In this document: positions 37,698 through 50,299 of the stretch, piece after piece
Layout of the letters: each line of letters opens with the position of its first letter
Position numbering within the stretch: the stretch's first letter is position 1
From: Mobula hypostoma
Lineage: Eukaryota
DNA: 64,000 nucleotides
Direction: 5' to 3'
NCBI RefSeq assembly: GCF_963921235.1
Contig: NC_086097.1
Span: 18,292,001-18,356,000, forward strand
Position numbers and translations under genes: made by a program
Notes under the pieces: model-generated
Told to the model about the DNA's origin: nothing
The model's input: the letters and a program-made list of their open reading frames with translations, nothing else
Database searches by the model: none

Positions 37698-39908
37698 CCA
37701 TGGGGAATGATGCCAGAATAAGAAGGTGGGGGACTTCCAGTAATTTTCTCCTCCCCCTTCCCTCTTCTTCAATTCCTCATTTAGGCATCGTACCCCTTCT
37801 CCTCCCCCTAGTGTTTTCCGTCTGTCTCAGAATGGGTCATTTCTGCTTGTCATCAAACTGGCTCAGTTGTTTTTATTCTAACTGTATAGTTAAGGCGGCA
37901 TATCACACAGCCCTGCTATTTATAACACCCAGGTGAAAACCCTTAGTGTGCTGTGAGAGACACAAGAGATTCTGCGAAGCTGTAATTCTTGAGCATTACA
38001 CACAAAATGCTGGAGGAACTCAGCAGGTCAGGCAGCATCTTATGGAGGGTCATTTTTTTTAGGGGTCATCGGTGGTGGGGTGGGGGTAGGGAATCGTTGC
38101 CAAAGAAGTAGGCCCAGGAACGGTGTGACAGTCTTTGGCTGAATGCTGGCTGATGCTGTAGATGCAGCCTGAAATGCTAAGTCCTTCCAGCACTTTGTGT
38201 GTATTAATGAGCTTTAACTGCCTACATTTAGACTTACGTATCAGAACAATTCTCTTTACCCTCTATAACCTTCCCCTACCTTCTTAAAGTGAATCCTAAC
38301 CTGCCTTGCTCTCTTTCTCCAATCTGTCAAAGAGACCTGGATTGGAAAAGTTGACTCATTTTCTTTCCACAGATGCTGCCTAAGCTGCTGAGTGTTTCCA
38401 GAATTTTTTGTTGTCGCTTCACTTGCCTTTTAATAACTGAGATACAGCACAGAACCGGCCCTTCTGGCCCTTCAATCTGTACCGCCCAGCAACCCTCGAT
38501 TTAACCCTAGACTAATCATGGGACAATTTACAATGACCATTACCCTACCGATGCGTCTTTGAACTGTGGGACGAAACTGGAGCACCTGGAGAATGTCCAC
38601 GTATTACACGGGGAGGACATACAGAATCCTTACAGATGACATCGGAATTGAAGTCCAAACTCCATTGGCCTGTTCTGAAATAGTGTTGTGCTAATTGCTA
38701 AGCTATCAGGGCAAGTGTTTGATTGTCTAAAATAATTGCAACCAGATAAGAGATTGTTCTTTGGAGAGATATCAAAGCCTCGATTCTGGACAGAATTCCC
38801 TGTGAAAGTTAGACACCTGTGACAAAATGGAGAACACTAAAGATTCTACATTGCTAGAAAACTTGAGCAACACATACAAGATTCTGGAGAAACTCCACAG
38901 GTCAGGAGTGAAATAAAGGGTCTTGGTCTGAAACATCGACTGTTTTTTTTCCCTTCCTTAAATGATGCCTGTCCTGCTGAGTTCCTCTAGCATTTTGTGT
39001 GTGTACGAGCAAACCGAAAATCCATGAGGAGTTGTGGTTCAAAGTAATAGACAATTTATTAAAAACCTGGCACCTACCAGGAGACAGGTCAAAGCTGATC
39101 TACATGAGCATGAATTTGATATAGCTTTTACATTCTCAGTTGGCAAAGTCACCAATAAAGCTACATTTTGAAAACTGAATGGTGTTTACAGAAAGACTTA
39201 ATTAAGTAGCAGACTAGGTCCTGATTACAGAATAAATTGATTAGCCATAAGTCTAACAGCAAATTCAATTTTCTGTTTCAACAATAGGTGCACACTTAAT
39301 TAATTAATTAAGTTTCTGAAACTTTGTCACTGGTGCATCCATATCTTTACTTCTAGACTTTGCCTGCAATTCCCTATTACCACTGTAGCACAATTCACGT
39401 TCTTATTTACTCATTATTAGCGCTCACATATTTGTTCTGCTACAACAGTGTGAGTTGTGGCTCAACCAGTGAATTAGCAATGCAACAGCAACTCGGTCCT
39501 GTCAATAATTATCATCATATGATAGCCAATAAGGCAAGATCTACCAATTCAGAGCTAGCGATACTTCCACCACCTGGAAAGTTCCAAATTGTATTGAATG
39601 AAATGATGATGAAAGTTGCCAGATTCTCATGAAAATTCAGCTGAAGCTGTTGCAAGAAGAGAATATGTTGTCTCTTTGTGTCTTGGTTCATATTTCAGAC
39701 GATTGGGACAATTGCTTCAAAAAGAAACTCCCTGAAGTGGTTAAGGATGTATGGCAAATGTGATCTGCCCAATATCAGCACAAAGGAAAGGAAAAATCAG
39801 AAGACTGCATTACCAGTAACCATCTGAATATGTCCTGTGAAGTAAATAGTGTACAAAACCCATCTGACAATAAGGTACTGTAGGTTTTCCAATCAGATCC
39901 CTTGTATT

Positions 39909-40247
39909 CATCATCATCAGGTGCCGTGCCCAGTTTGAGCTTTGACTGCCATGGCCCACACACTCCTGTTTCGGGTCAAGTGGATCAATTCATTGGTATT
40001 CATTTCCAGTTCTCTGAGTGCTGTCTCCAACATCATTTGTCTTTGTCTTCCTCTTGCTTTCTTCCCTTCAATCTTTCCCATAATTACCGTGCATTCTAAC
40101 TCCTCTTTCCTAATCACATGTCCAATGAAGTTACGTTGCCTTTTCCTGATCTCATACATTATTTCTCTTTTTGTGTTTGCTCTGTTCATGACATCCTGGT
40201 TAGATTTTTGTTTTGTCCATGATATTTTTTGCAATAAATAATTATTT
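39909..40247 (-). mobile_element. RTE-clade LINE 3' end with TSD
   Basis: ORF C-terminus KISWT..SNQDV...FIGHVIRK...GKIEGKKARGRQR; (TGA)n tail; 11-bp TSD tcccttgtatt at 39898-39908 and 40248-40258. Confidence 0.9.
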
Positions 40248-40559
40248 TCCCTTGTATTAGCTATGAATAAACTATTAGTGCCTTCAATGAACTATTAGTG
40301 ATTCTGCCTGAACATTTGGCATAGGGCTCAATGTGCATGAGGTCCATTGGCTGTTGAGCTGAAGGTAGGTGATGGCAAGAGAGGCTGAAAACCTTGAGTA
40401 AACAGAAGAGGCTCTGATATGGCTGCCTTTGCAAAAAAAAAATTGTCTGAGTAAATGCCACAGTCAGAAAGCAGACCACAATAGCTGTGCATAATAAATG
40501 AAAAATTTATTATTATAAAGGGAGAGATGACAGGAAGCTCAACACTCCCCCTGCAAACT

Positions 40560-42120
40560 ACACCAATATGCTCCGAAATCAGTCATCCAATATGCATGTG
40601 TTTCTTCTGGTGGAGGGGAGACCACGTTACGAGCGGCGAATGTAGTACACTAGATCAGTGGAGGTACAAGTGAATGGTTGCTTCACCTGGAAAAACTGTT
40701 TGGATCCCTCAGGATAGGAAGGTTCTAAGTGAAAGGATAGGTGTTGAATTGCCTGTGGTTGCAAGAGAAAGTGCTGTAAGAAAGGGGGGGGTGCTTTTGG
40801 GAACAGAAGAATGGACTAAGGAATGGTCCCTGTGAAATGCTGAAAGGGAAGGAAAGAGGAAGCTGTGCCTGGTGGTGGAGTATTGTTGAAAGTGGCCAAA
40901 ATTACAGAGAATGATCTGTTAATTGCAAAAGCTGTTGGGGTGGAAGGCGAGGACCAAGGAACTCTCTCCTTCTTCTGACCTGAAGGAGATGGGATGATTG
41001 CAGAGATGCAGGAAATGAATGGGATGTTGTCGAGGGCTTTGTTATGAAACCATGGTTCATGAAGAAGGAAGACACACCTATGGGAAGTCTTATCTTTGGA
41101 ATAAAAGCCATGGAGATGGAAGAACTTGGAGAATGGAACAGAGCTCTGACAGGAGGCAGAGAGGGACAAAGAACATGTGCGATCTACAAAGGGATCTTAC
41201 CACTAAGCTATTTTTTCCCTTTCCCCAATTCTCTGCTTTCCATGGGGAAGCTCTCTATGTAACTCACTAGTACACTTGTTCCTCCCCACTGATCTTTGTT
41301 CCGGTACTTATCCCTGCATGTAAGAGAAGTGCTTCACCTACCCCTACATCTTCTCCATCATCACCATTCATGCCTCCAAACAGTCCTCCCAAGTGAGGCG
41401 ACACTTCACCTGTGAGTCTGTTGGGGTCATCTATTGACTTGGATTTTCTTTGTGTGGCCTTCTGTACATAAGTGAGACCAGATGAAGACTGGGTAACAGG
41501 TTTGTTGAGTGCCACAAATCAGTAGTTCCCAGCGGCCACTCATTTCAATGTGACTACCCTTTCCCATTCAGTCCATAGTCTCCTCTATTGCCACGATGAG
41601 GCCACAGTCTGATTGGAGGAGCAAAAACCTATATTTTGTCTTGGCAACCTCCAACTTGATGGCATGAATATCAATTTTACAATTTTCTCTAAATTTCTCC
41701 CCTCCTCCCCCTTCGCTCTTTTCTCTTTTTCTTTTCCCAATTTTGCTCCCCTCTCATCCTTTCTCTTTTTCTCACTTGCTTATCACCTCCCTCTGGTTCC
41801 CCTTCTCCCTCCCTCTCTCTCATGGTTCACTGTGCTCTCCCATCAGATTCCCTCTTCTTCAGCCCTCCAAGTCTTCCAACTATCCCCTCCCAGCTTCTTG
41901 TTCTATACTCCCCCTCCCACCCCTGCACCTTACACCTCACCTAGTCTCACTTATTACCAGCCAGAATGAGCTTTTTAAACTCTCACACCTTCTTATTCTG
42001 GATTCTTCCTCCTTCTTCTCCATTCCTGAAGAAGTGCCTTGACCCAGAATGTCAACTGTTTCTTCTTCTTCATAAATGCAACCTGAACTACCGAGTTCCT
42101 CCAGCTCTTTGTGTGTGTTC
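40560..42120. mobile_element. Two decayed Penelope fragments in opposite orientation
   Basis: Minus-strand fragment near 40560-41130 and plus-strand fragment near 41270-42120 (caagtgaggcgacacttcacctgtgagtct; EEQKPIFCLGNLQLDGMN). Confidence 0.7.
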
Positions 42121-42365
42121 TTCAGGAAGAAAATGCTTGACTATAGGCCTCCCAATATGGTTGACCTTTACTGACTCATCAAGCCACTCAGTTCCGGGCC
42201 AGTTAGAGTTGGTGAATTAGTGACAGGGTTGCCTGTAACTCCCACATCAAAATAAAGAATAAATTGAATTGAATTGACTTTATTTCTTACATTCTTCACA
42301 TACATGAAGAGTAAAATTCTTTACATTACGTCTCTGTCTAAATATGCAATGTGCAATCATAGTAA

Positions 42366-43863
42366 TCTATCTATCTATATACTACTAAAACTCTCATGCT
42401 CTGTCTGTCTGTTTGTCTGTTTGTGACCTCCAATTAGCGCAAACGGTGCATTACAGCGACACTTTTTTTGGCTAAGTCGAATTAAAATGTGCTAACTTAC
42501 AGAATGCAGGCAAAGTTCAGGGTTATATATTTGTATAAAATTGCTCATTTGCCAAAAATCAACAGGCTGCCTTTCACCCGCAACCCAATCGGCCATCATG
42601 GAAATCAGGACGCCACAGCCCGACGCATGTGCACGGCCAGCCTCAGCAGTGCCTTGAGATGCTCACAGAGCCGCTTCCACCTTCCATGGAGACCGCGACA
42701 CCACAACCCGACGCATGCGCACGACCAGCCTCAGCAGCTTGGAAGTTTTGGTGTTACTGCTTCCTATCTTCTGTCAAGCATTAGGGTAAAAATATATGGA
42801 CGGCCTAATTATGCCGTGTAGAAAGAGAAGGGGGACATTATGGTCAAGAGATGACACCAAACGTCGTCTGGAAGTGGCAAGGAGAGGGAGAGAACAACAA
42901 TCGGATGAGGCCAGGGCCGCACGACTCAAAGAATCAGGACGAAAAAGATGAGAGGAGGAGAGGCATGCACGTCCCCAATATGACAACAATAGGCACAGAT
43001 AGAGGAGAGAACAAGAATCGGATCAGGCCAGGGCTGCAGGACTCCAGGATCAGAGAGAAAGAAAAAATGGTAGATGAGATGAAGAGATGAAGGATGAAAG
43101 GGCTGCGCATCTCCAGAATGACAAAAACTGGCAGAGAAGGAGGAGAGAGGAAGAGACAGAGGAGAAAAGGAAAGGTCAAGTCTAGAATATGCGGCACAAA
43201 GTAATTATTGCAAGACTTGCTGAAGACGACAATGGCCACTTTCGACGACAATACCTCGACAGAGAAAGAGCAAGGCAAAATGCACGACTCACATGCCGTC
43301 ACATGTCTGCTATTGTTGGTTAGATGACCAGAGTATGCCCCCATTGTCGTGCCTTACTATTCGCTGGAGAAACTGCACATTTCTGCTGTATGAAGGGAAA
43401 GGTCACGATAGGTAATTTGCAGCCTCTACCTAATGAACTCCTCAATTTGTACAGCGATGATGAACCTATTGCAAACGAGTTCAGGAAGAACATCAGACAA
43501 TACAATTGCCTCTTCCAAATGATATCCTTTGGTGCCAAAGAAGTCATTCCAACTAGGAATCAATGGAATCCTTCTGTGATTATCCAAGGCAAAATCTTTC
43601 ATTACATCGAACATTTAATTCCAGACCCGACCCAGCAAGCCCGATTCTTTCAAATTTACTTCATGGGTATTTAATGTCCATTCTGGTCACGTGTTTGTCT
43701 TGCTATGCATCTTTCTTCTTTAATAAGTTGAGTTTTTCTTCTTTAATTTCCAAATCAAAGAGATAGCAATAGCATTCAGGAAAATTTAATGTTTATTCTG
43801 GTCACATCCGGCTGCACTACCCTTCTCTCAAAGGGTGCCCCAACAGGTCACCCCGTTGTCTCG
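42366..43863 (+). mobile_element. Non-autonomous Helitron (~1.5 kb)
   Basis: 5' TC, 3' hairpin gggtgccc-caaca-ggtcaccc (43833-43853) and CTCG end (variant of CTRR), inserted between A and T with no TSD. Confidence 0.85.
42811..43674 (+). pseudogene. Helitron RepHel N-terminal remnant (charged repeats and zinc finger)
   Basis: MPCRKRR...EQQSDEARAARL repeats, then CPHCRALLFAGETAHFCCMKGKV, FRKNIRQYN, IQGKIFH and FFQIYF; no Rep or helicase domain. Confidence 0.85.
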
Positions 43864-44334
43864 TTTATAATAAATAGAACAGTCAATACAACATAGAAAT
43901 ACACTTAGTGTAAGTTAATCAGTCTGATGGCCTGGTGGAAGAAGCTGTCCCGGAGCCTGTTGGTCCTGGCTTTTATGCTGCGGTACCGTTTCCTGGATGG
44001 TAGCAGCTGGAGTAGATTGTAGTTGGGGTGATTTGGATCCCCAATGATCCTTTGGGCCCTTTTTTCACACCTGTCTTTGTAAATGTCCTGGATCATGGGA
44101 AGTTCACGACTACAGATGCAATGGGCTGTCTGCAACACTCTTTGCGGAATCCTGTGTTTAAGGGAGGTACAGTTCCCATACCAGGCAGTGATGCAGCCAG
44201 TCAGGATGCTCTCAGTTGTGCCCCTGTAGAAAGATCTTAGGATTTGGGCGCCCAAACCAAACTTCCTCAACCGTCTGAGGTGTCTTTTTCACCGTACAGC
44301 TGGTGACATTAAAATGGTAGATCCAAATTAAAAT

Positions 44335-45135
44335 GGATCTGTTTGTCCCAACACATTGATGCAAACACGAAAAGTTTTGCCAGCAGCTTTACATCATTAG
44401 GAGTTTGAGGAGATTTGGCATATCATCAAAGGCATATGCAAATTTCTGTACATGTACAGTGGTGAGCATTCTAACTGGTTGCATCATAGCCTGTTTATGG
44501 AATCTCCAATTCATAGGATCTCAAGCGGCTGCAGAGAGTTTTAAATTCAGCCATCCTCATCGCGAATCTGCAATGAACTTCAGTTTGCTGCTCTGCGAGA
44601 TTTACTCATCCGGGCACTGCGGCTGTGGCTCGCAACTATCAAAGTGCAGACTCACTTCTGTGAACTTCAGTTCTGAAAGCTATTTGCTTACTTTTCTTTG
44701 TTTTGTAGCTGCCTGTAAAGGTTGTATAAAGTATACATAACTTTGATAATAAATGTACTTTGAACTTTGACTGAGCACAAGCCTCCTCACTGTGAAGGAT
44801 ATCTTCGAGAGTTAGTGCCTCAAGGACTTGGCATCCTTTATTAAGGACCTCAAAGTCTTGGGCATCTGCTCTTCTTTTTACTACTGTCATGGTGGGGGTT
44901 CAGGAGACCCACACTCAACAAATCAGGAACAGCTTCTTCCCTGCTGCCGTCAAACCTCTGAATGGTCCATAAACATATGAACACTATCTCATATTTCCTT
45001 TTTATGTTCTATTTATTTATTTTGTAGCATATGGTAATTTTAGACTTTGCACTGTATAGCTGCCACAAAACAACAATTTTCATGACATATGTCAGTGATA
45101 AAAAAAAAAACCTGAGACTGTTTCTGATTTTGAGT
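44335..45135 (+). mobile_element. Rex1/Babar-like LINE 3' fragment with a nested short repeat
   Basis: LRRFG...SILTGCIIA; tails tttgataataaatgtactttgaacttt and catgacatatgtcagtgata. Confidence 0.65.
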
Positions 45136-45365
45136 TAACTCGTCAAAGCTGCGATTTGGCATTTACATCGGATTGATTTGAATTTGATGATGGCAACTTG
45201 AAGTTAGTAAACTGTTAGTGCATCTCTGACTTTGGATATCACTCAACAGTAATATCTGACTCTTTTCTCTGCTGTTATAATAGGTTGGAAAGCATTGTAC
45301 TACATGAGTTAGGTTTGAAGTTGCTAATGTGACTAAAAGAGAAATGAAACACACATGCCACTTTA

Positions 45366-45882
45366 CACTCATAACCACTTTATTAGGTACATTGGTACAG
45401 TGCTCATTAATGCAAACGTCTAATCAGCCAATCATGTGGCAGCAACTCAATGCATAAAAGCATGCAGACATGCATAAGAGGTTCAGTTGTTATTTAGACT
45501 AAACATCAGAATGGGGAAGAAATGTGATCTAAGTAATTTTGACTGTAGTTGGTGCCAGATGAGGAAGGTTGAGTATCTCAGAAGCTGCTGATCTCCCAGG
45601 ACTTTTACACACAAGCCTCTAGAGTTTACAGAGAATGGTGCAATAAACAAAAAAGACATCCAGTGAGTGGTAGTTCAAAAATGAGAGAGGTCAGAGGAGA
45701 ATGGAAGGAGTTGTCAAGCTGACAGAAAGGTGACAGTAACTCAAATAATCACGCACTACAACAGTGGCGTGCAGAAGAGCATCTCTGAATGCACAACCTG
45801 TCAAAGCTTAAAAAATGGATGAGCTACAGCAAGAGAAGACCACAAGCAGACAGAAGGAACCTAATAAAACGTCCGCTGAATG
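45366..45882 (+). mobile_element. Non-autonomous Tc1-like element
   Basis: TA|cactcataaccactttattagg ... cctaataaaacgtccgctgaatg|TA imperfect TIRs; decayed transposase N-terminus (atggggaagaaatgtgatctaag). Confidence 0.75.
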
Positions 45883-46464
45883 TACGTTGCAAATGTGAGT
45901 ATTTAATTAAAAAACTTGGCGGTTGACTCTGTCGTCAAGTCCACCCCAAATAATTAGGTTGATTAGCATTATGTGTTAAGTTAGAGTGAAAATGCAAATT
46001 GGCACCATTTACAGCAAAAATAAGACAAGTGCAATAACCTGCAAAACGGCTGAGATCATTATGACTGCTCCACAAGATATCGGCTTCATATGAAATAATA
46101 TTAAAAGTGGTTGCAAATAGAGTTGAAGAACATATATGCAAATAAGGCAGATGCAGATGGTTTGAACTTAACTGCCTGTTAACGTAATGCAAACAGATTA
46201 AATCAGGCCTTTCCAAAGAAAATTGAACAGGAACTTGAGGGAGAATATTGTAGGTCTGATTTTACTTTATATTTTTATTTAGAGATAACAAGCCCTTCGC
46301 TGCCAATGAGACAGCACTGCCCATTTGAACCATGTGACCAATTAACCAACTGACCCGCACATCTTTTGAACGTGGGAGGAAACTGGAGCACCCAGAGGAA
46401 ACCCAGTCAGTCGTGGGAGAATGTATAAACTCCATACAGACAGTGGTGAAATTGAATATGAATA

Positions 46465-47380
46465 GGAATTGATATGGTAGGAATTAAATGTTGTAATTGC
46501 ACGAGCCTCTAGTTTCCTCAGGCAGATCATTCTACATTTCCACCACCACCCTCTGCATGAAAACATTTCCCATCTCATCTTAAATCTATGCCCTCCTGTT
46601 TTATCTTTCCTATCTTGGGAAAATAGACTGTAACCTCTCACTCTATCTATGGCCTTCAGGATTTTATGAACTTCTGTGAACATAGAACGTAGAACACTAC
46701 AGCGCAATACAAGTCATTTGGCCCACAACATTGCGCTGACTTTGTAACCTACTCCAAGGTCAATCTGGCCCCTCTCTCCCACATAGCCTTTCATTTTTCT
46801 TCCATATGCATATCTACAAGCCTCCTAAATGTCCTCAATGTATCTGCCTCTACCATTACACCAGGGTTTGCACCTCTGCACCAAATACTTTTGTCTGATC
46901 ACCTTAAAAGTATGTCCTCTCATAGTAGCTATTGCTGCCCTGGGAAAAAGGTGTTGGCTGTTCATTTTATTCACACCTCTTATCATCTTGTACATCTCTT
47001 TAAGGTCACCTTCATCACAAAGAGAAAAGCTTTAATTCAGTCAACCTATCCTCATCCGATATGCTCTCTAACCCAAGCTGCATTCTGTTAAATCTTCTCT
47101 GCACCCTCTCTAAAGCTTCTGATAAAGAGAAGACCAGAAGTGAGCACTCTACTGCAAGGTCTCTCTTTGTCTCTTGTGCTCTACGGAAAACAGTCTCATT
47201 CTATCCAGTCTATCCTTATAACCTTGGTTCTTTAGTCCTGGCAACATCTGGATGAATCTTTCCTGCACATTTTTCAGCTTTATGACATCCTTCTTATAGT
47301 TCTGCAAGAAGATCTACACACAATTCTCCAAGCCTGATCTCACCAAGGACTTGTATCGTCATGATAAAACGTTCAAACCT
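46465..47380 (-). mobile_element. Cluster of decayed CR1 3' fragments
   Basis: EVHKILKAIDRV-like ORF end and CR1 3' UTR motifs. Confidence 0.65.
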
Positions 47381-47579
47381 AGTGACAGGGACTACAGAAA
47401 ACTACTAGATTTTTATTTGAGACCTCATTCAGTTAATTTGAAGAAGGAAAATCTGCTGTCCCTCACCTGGTCTATCACATATGTGACTCCAGTCCATCTT
47501 TGGTGATTATTATATGGCATAGTCTAAATGTTAACTCACTTCATGTTCAGTAACTGCTGGCCTATTCTGTAATATTTGA

Positions 47580-48062
47580 ATCCTGGATAGTCTCCAACCT
47601 GATGACAGGAACATCAATTTCTCTAACTTCTGGTAATTTCTCACCCCTCCCCCTTCACCCTTTTTCCATTCCCCATTCTGTTTTCCTCTCATCCCTCCTC
47701 TTCTCCTCACTTGTTTATCACCTTCTTTCACTCCCCCCTTCCCTTTTTTCCATGATCCTCTCTCCTGTCCAATTAGATTCCACCTTCTTCAGTCCTTCAC
47801 TCCTTCCACCTATCCTATCTCAGCTTACGACTTTATTCCCTCCCCCATTCAGCCATCTTTTCCCTCACCTGGTTTCACATCACCTGCCAGCTTGTACTTC
47901 CTCCCTTCTTTCCGCTTCTTTTCCAGTCCTGATGAAAGATGTTGGCCCAAAATGTTGACTGTTTATCTCCCTCCATATATGCTGCTTGACTTGCTGAGTT
48001 CCTCCAGCACTTTGTGTGAGTTGCTCAAGATTTCCGGCATCTGCGGAATCTCCCGTGTGTTT
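47580..48062 (+). mobile_element. Penelope 3' fragment
   Basis: ctccaacctgatgacagg, pyrimidine tract, agtcctgatgaaag...aaaatgttgact and ctgagttcctccagcac. Confidence 0.75.
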
Positions 48063-49194
48063 TTAAAACAAAAGCCCCTCTTCCCCATTTCTCTGGATCT
48101 CTGGACATCATCTGCAGCTTCTCATGTTTAGCTCTTCTGCTCAAGACAGCATTGTCTCCTCTCTGCTTCTGATACCATCCCTCCAGGGCTAGTGAAGTCT
48201 TTGCTATGGGTCTTTGGAAAGGAGGTGTCACTAAACTGAAAGGCTGGACAAGAAAGAGGGAGGCTGAACAATTATGGTTTTCTGGAAAAGTCATAAAGTA
48301 ACAATAGTAAAGAGAGAAACAAAGCTTAGCAGTAAAGACTTAAATTGCTGGTCATACCTTGTTCGTTAAGTACTAATTTGTATTAAATTTAACAATTATT
48401 CATCTGAATAGAATTAATATAACCTGTCAGTATGTGCCAGTAATTTGACAGTAATGACTTCAGATAATCAACATTAATTACCTGGAATGATGGTTGAAAA
48501 CTGCCATTATAGTAGTAATTTTGATAAATGGCAGGTTCTAAATATGCAATTTGCTTAATAGCTTCAAATTAATGCCTGTAGTTATTTTAATGAAAATAAT
48601 CCAATTCAGTGTGGAGCCAGAGGTGCTGCATTCAACCTGTCTGAGGTGATTCAACAAGTAGAAATAAAATCCGCCTTCGAGAATGCCACTGCTCTTTGTT
48701 AAAATCCTCATTTAATCATCCACCCAAACCCACGTCTCCAGTTTCCCCCCAAGGAAACAGACCCTTCATTCCAACTCAAACATGCCAATCAAGATGCCCA
48801 TTTCAGTTCGTCCTATTTGCCGCATTTAGTCCATATTCCTCTAAATCAGGAGTTTCCAGCCTGGGGTCCACAGACCACTCATTTCATGGTAAGGGTCTCT
48901 GACATTAAAAAGGTTGTGAACCCCTGTGCTGAATCTTTCTTATCCAATTTTCTTCTCCCATCAGTTATCATCTTTCCTGTAGAAATCTTTCCTGCCCATA
49001 TCCTTGGCCAATCCTTCACTCCTGCATGTCAAATAATTTCCCATAATCTCAGTTACTAGCAAGATCCTCTCCCTTGACCATGTTACTCTCAGCTCCAGTA
49101 GATTACTGTTGCTTTTTCAAGCAATTGTCACCATCGCTCAGTACCCTCACAGCAGCGGTGAGATAAATAGCAAACTCATCTGTTTTGATGGTTA

Positions 49195-49792
49195 CTGAGT
49201 CATAGAAAAGTACAACACAGAAGCAGGCACTTCAGCCCATCTAGTCCATGCTGGACCATTTAAACAGCCATGTCTGATCAGCCTGTATCTGGAGCATACC
49301 CCTACCATTCACGTACCTATCCAAACTTCTGTTAAGCGTTGAAATTGAGCTCACATGCACCACTTGTGCTGACAGCTCGTTCCACACTCTCATGACTCCC
49401 TAAGTGAAGAAGTTTCCCCTCATGTTCCCCTTAAATTTTTCACCTTTCATCCTTAACCCATGACCTCTGGTTGTAGTCCCACCCAACCTCAACGGAAAAA
49501 CCCTGCTTGAATTTACCCTTCCTATACCCATCATAATTTTGTATACCTCTAACAAATTTCCTCTCAATCTTCTTTGGGAGTGGTAGTTGTTAGACATGAC
49601 CTACCACACACAAAGCCATAATGACTATCCCTAACCAGTTCCTGTCTATTCAAATACTCATATATCCAGCCCTTTAGAATAATTTCCAATAACATACCTA
49701 GCACTGTTAGCGCTATATGATTTCAGCTTTATTTTTAGAGCCTTTCTTAAACAGCAGAACAACATTAGCTATCCTCCAATCCTCTGGTACCT
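49195..49792 (-). mobile_element. CR1 3' fragment with internal deletion
   Basis: RRLRGNLLEVYKIM...KFKGNMRGNFFT. Confidence 0.8.
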
Positions 49793-50299
49793 ATGGTGTT
49801 GACTAAAAAATAGGTTTTGTCCACCACAGTGTGAAAACAAAACTTCCAGCACTTCTTCAATAAAGGAGCAGATTTCTGGAGCATTAGTCATGGCTTCATG
49901 CAGAGCTCCTCCAGTTTCATTGTGGTTCCTGGAGCACAGATTAAAAATTTTGGAGATCATGGGAAGCAGCATCCAATTAAGAGATGGCAACAAGTTCAGA
50001 GAAATGAAAGTGCTGTTGATTTTCTGTAATAACAGCAGCAGGCAGACACTGGGCAATATTCACCAAAGGTTCTGTGCAGTCTCTGAGCACTGGGATATAT
50101 TTGGCAGCTCTTCCAGACAGCAGGACTTCTCTGGAGCCATTAAGCTTTGTCAGAAGACTGCAAACTAACAATTTGTCACCCGTTTCATCCAAGCGAATTA
50201 ACTTGAAAAGTGAGAGTTTTCTCTGTATTATGGAAGCATAAAGATGACAGTTTTATTCAAACACGAATGGTCTGAGAATCAGATTTGGAAGTGTCTGAT

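Larger units (their letters stand above)
42262..44295 (-). mobile_element. Rex1/Babar-like LINE 3' end hosting the Helitron
   Basis: RKFG...ILRSFYRGTTESILTGCITAWYGNC...RTNRLRDSFFHQAIRL at 43905-44270; the 3' UTR continues on the other side of the Helitron to a (TTCAA)n tail. Confidence 0.85.

Noticed and set aside
49800..50192. Overlapping 71-95 aa ORFs in unique sequence
   Set aside because: No motif or splice support; consistent with chance.
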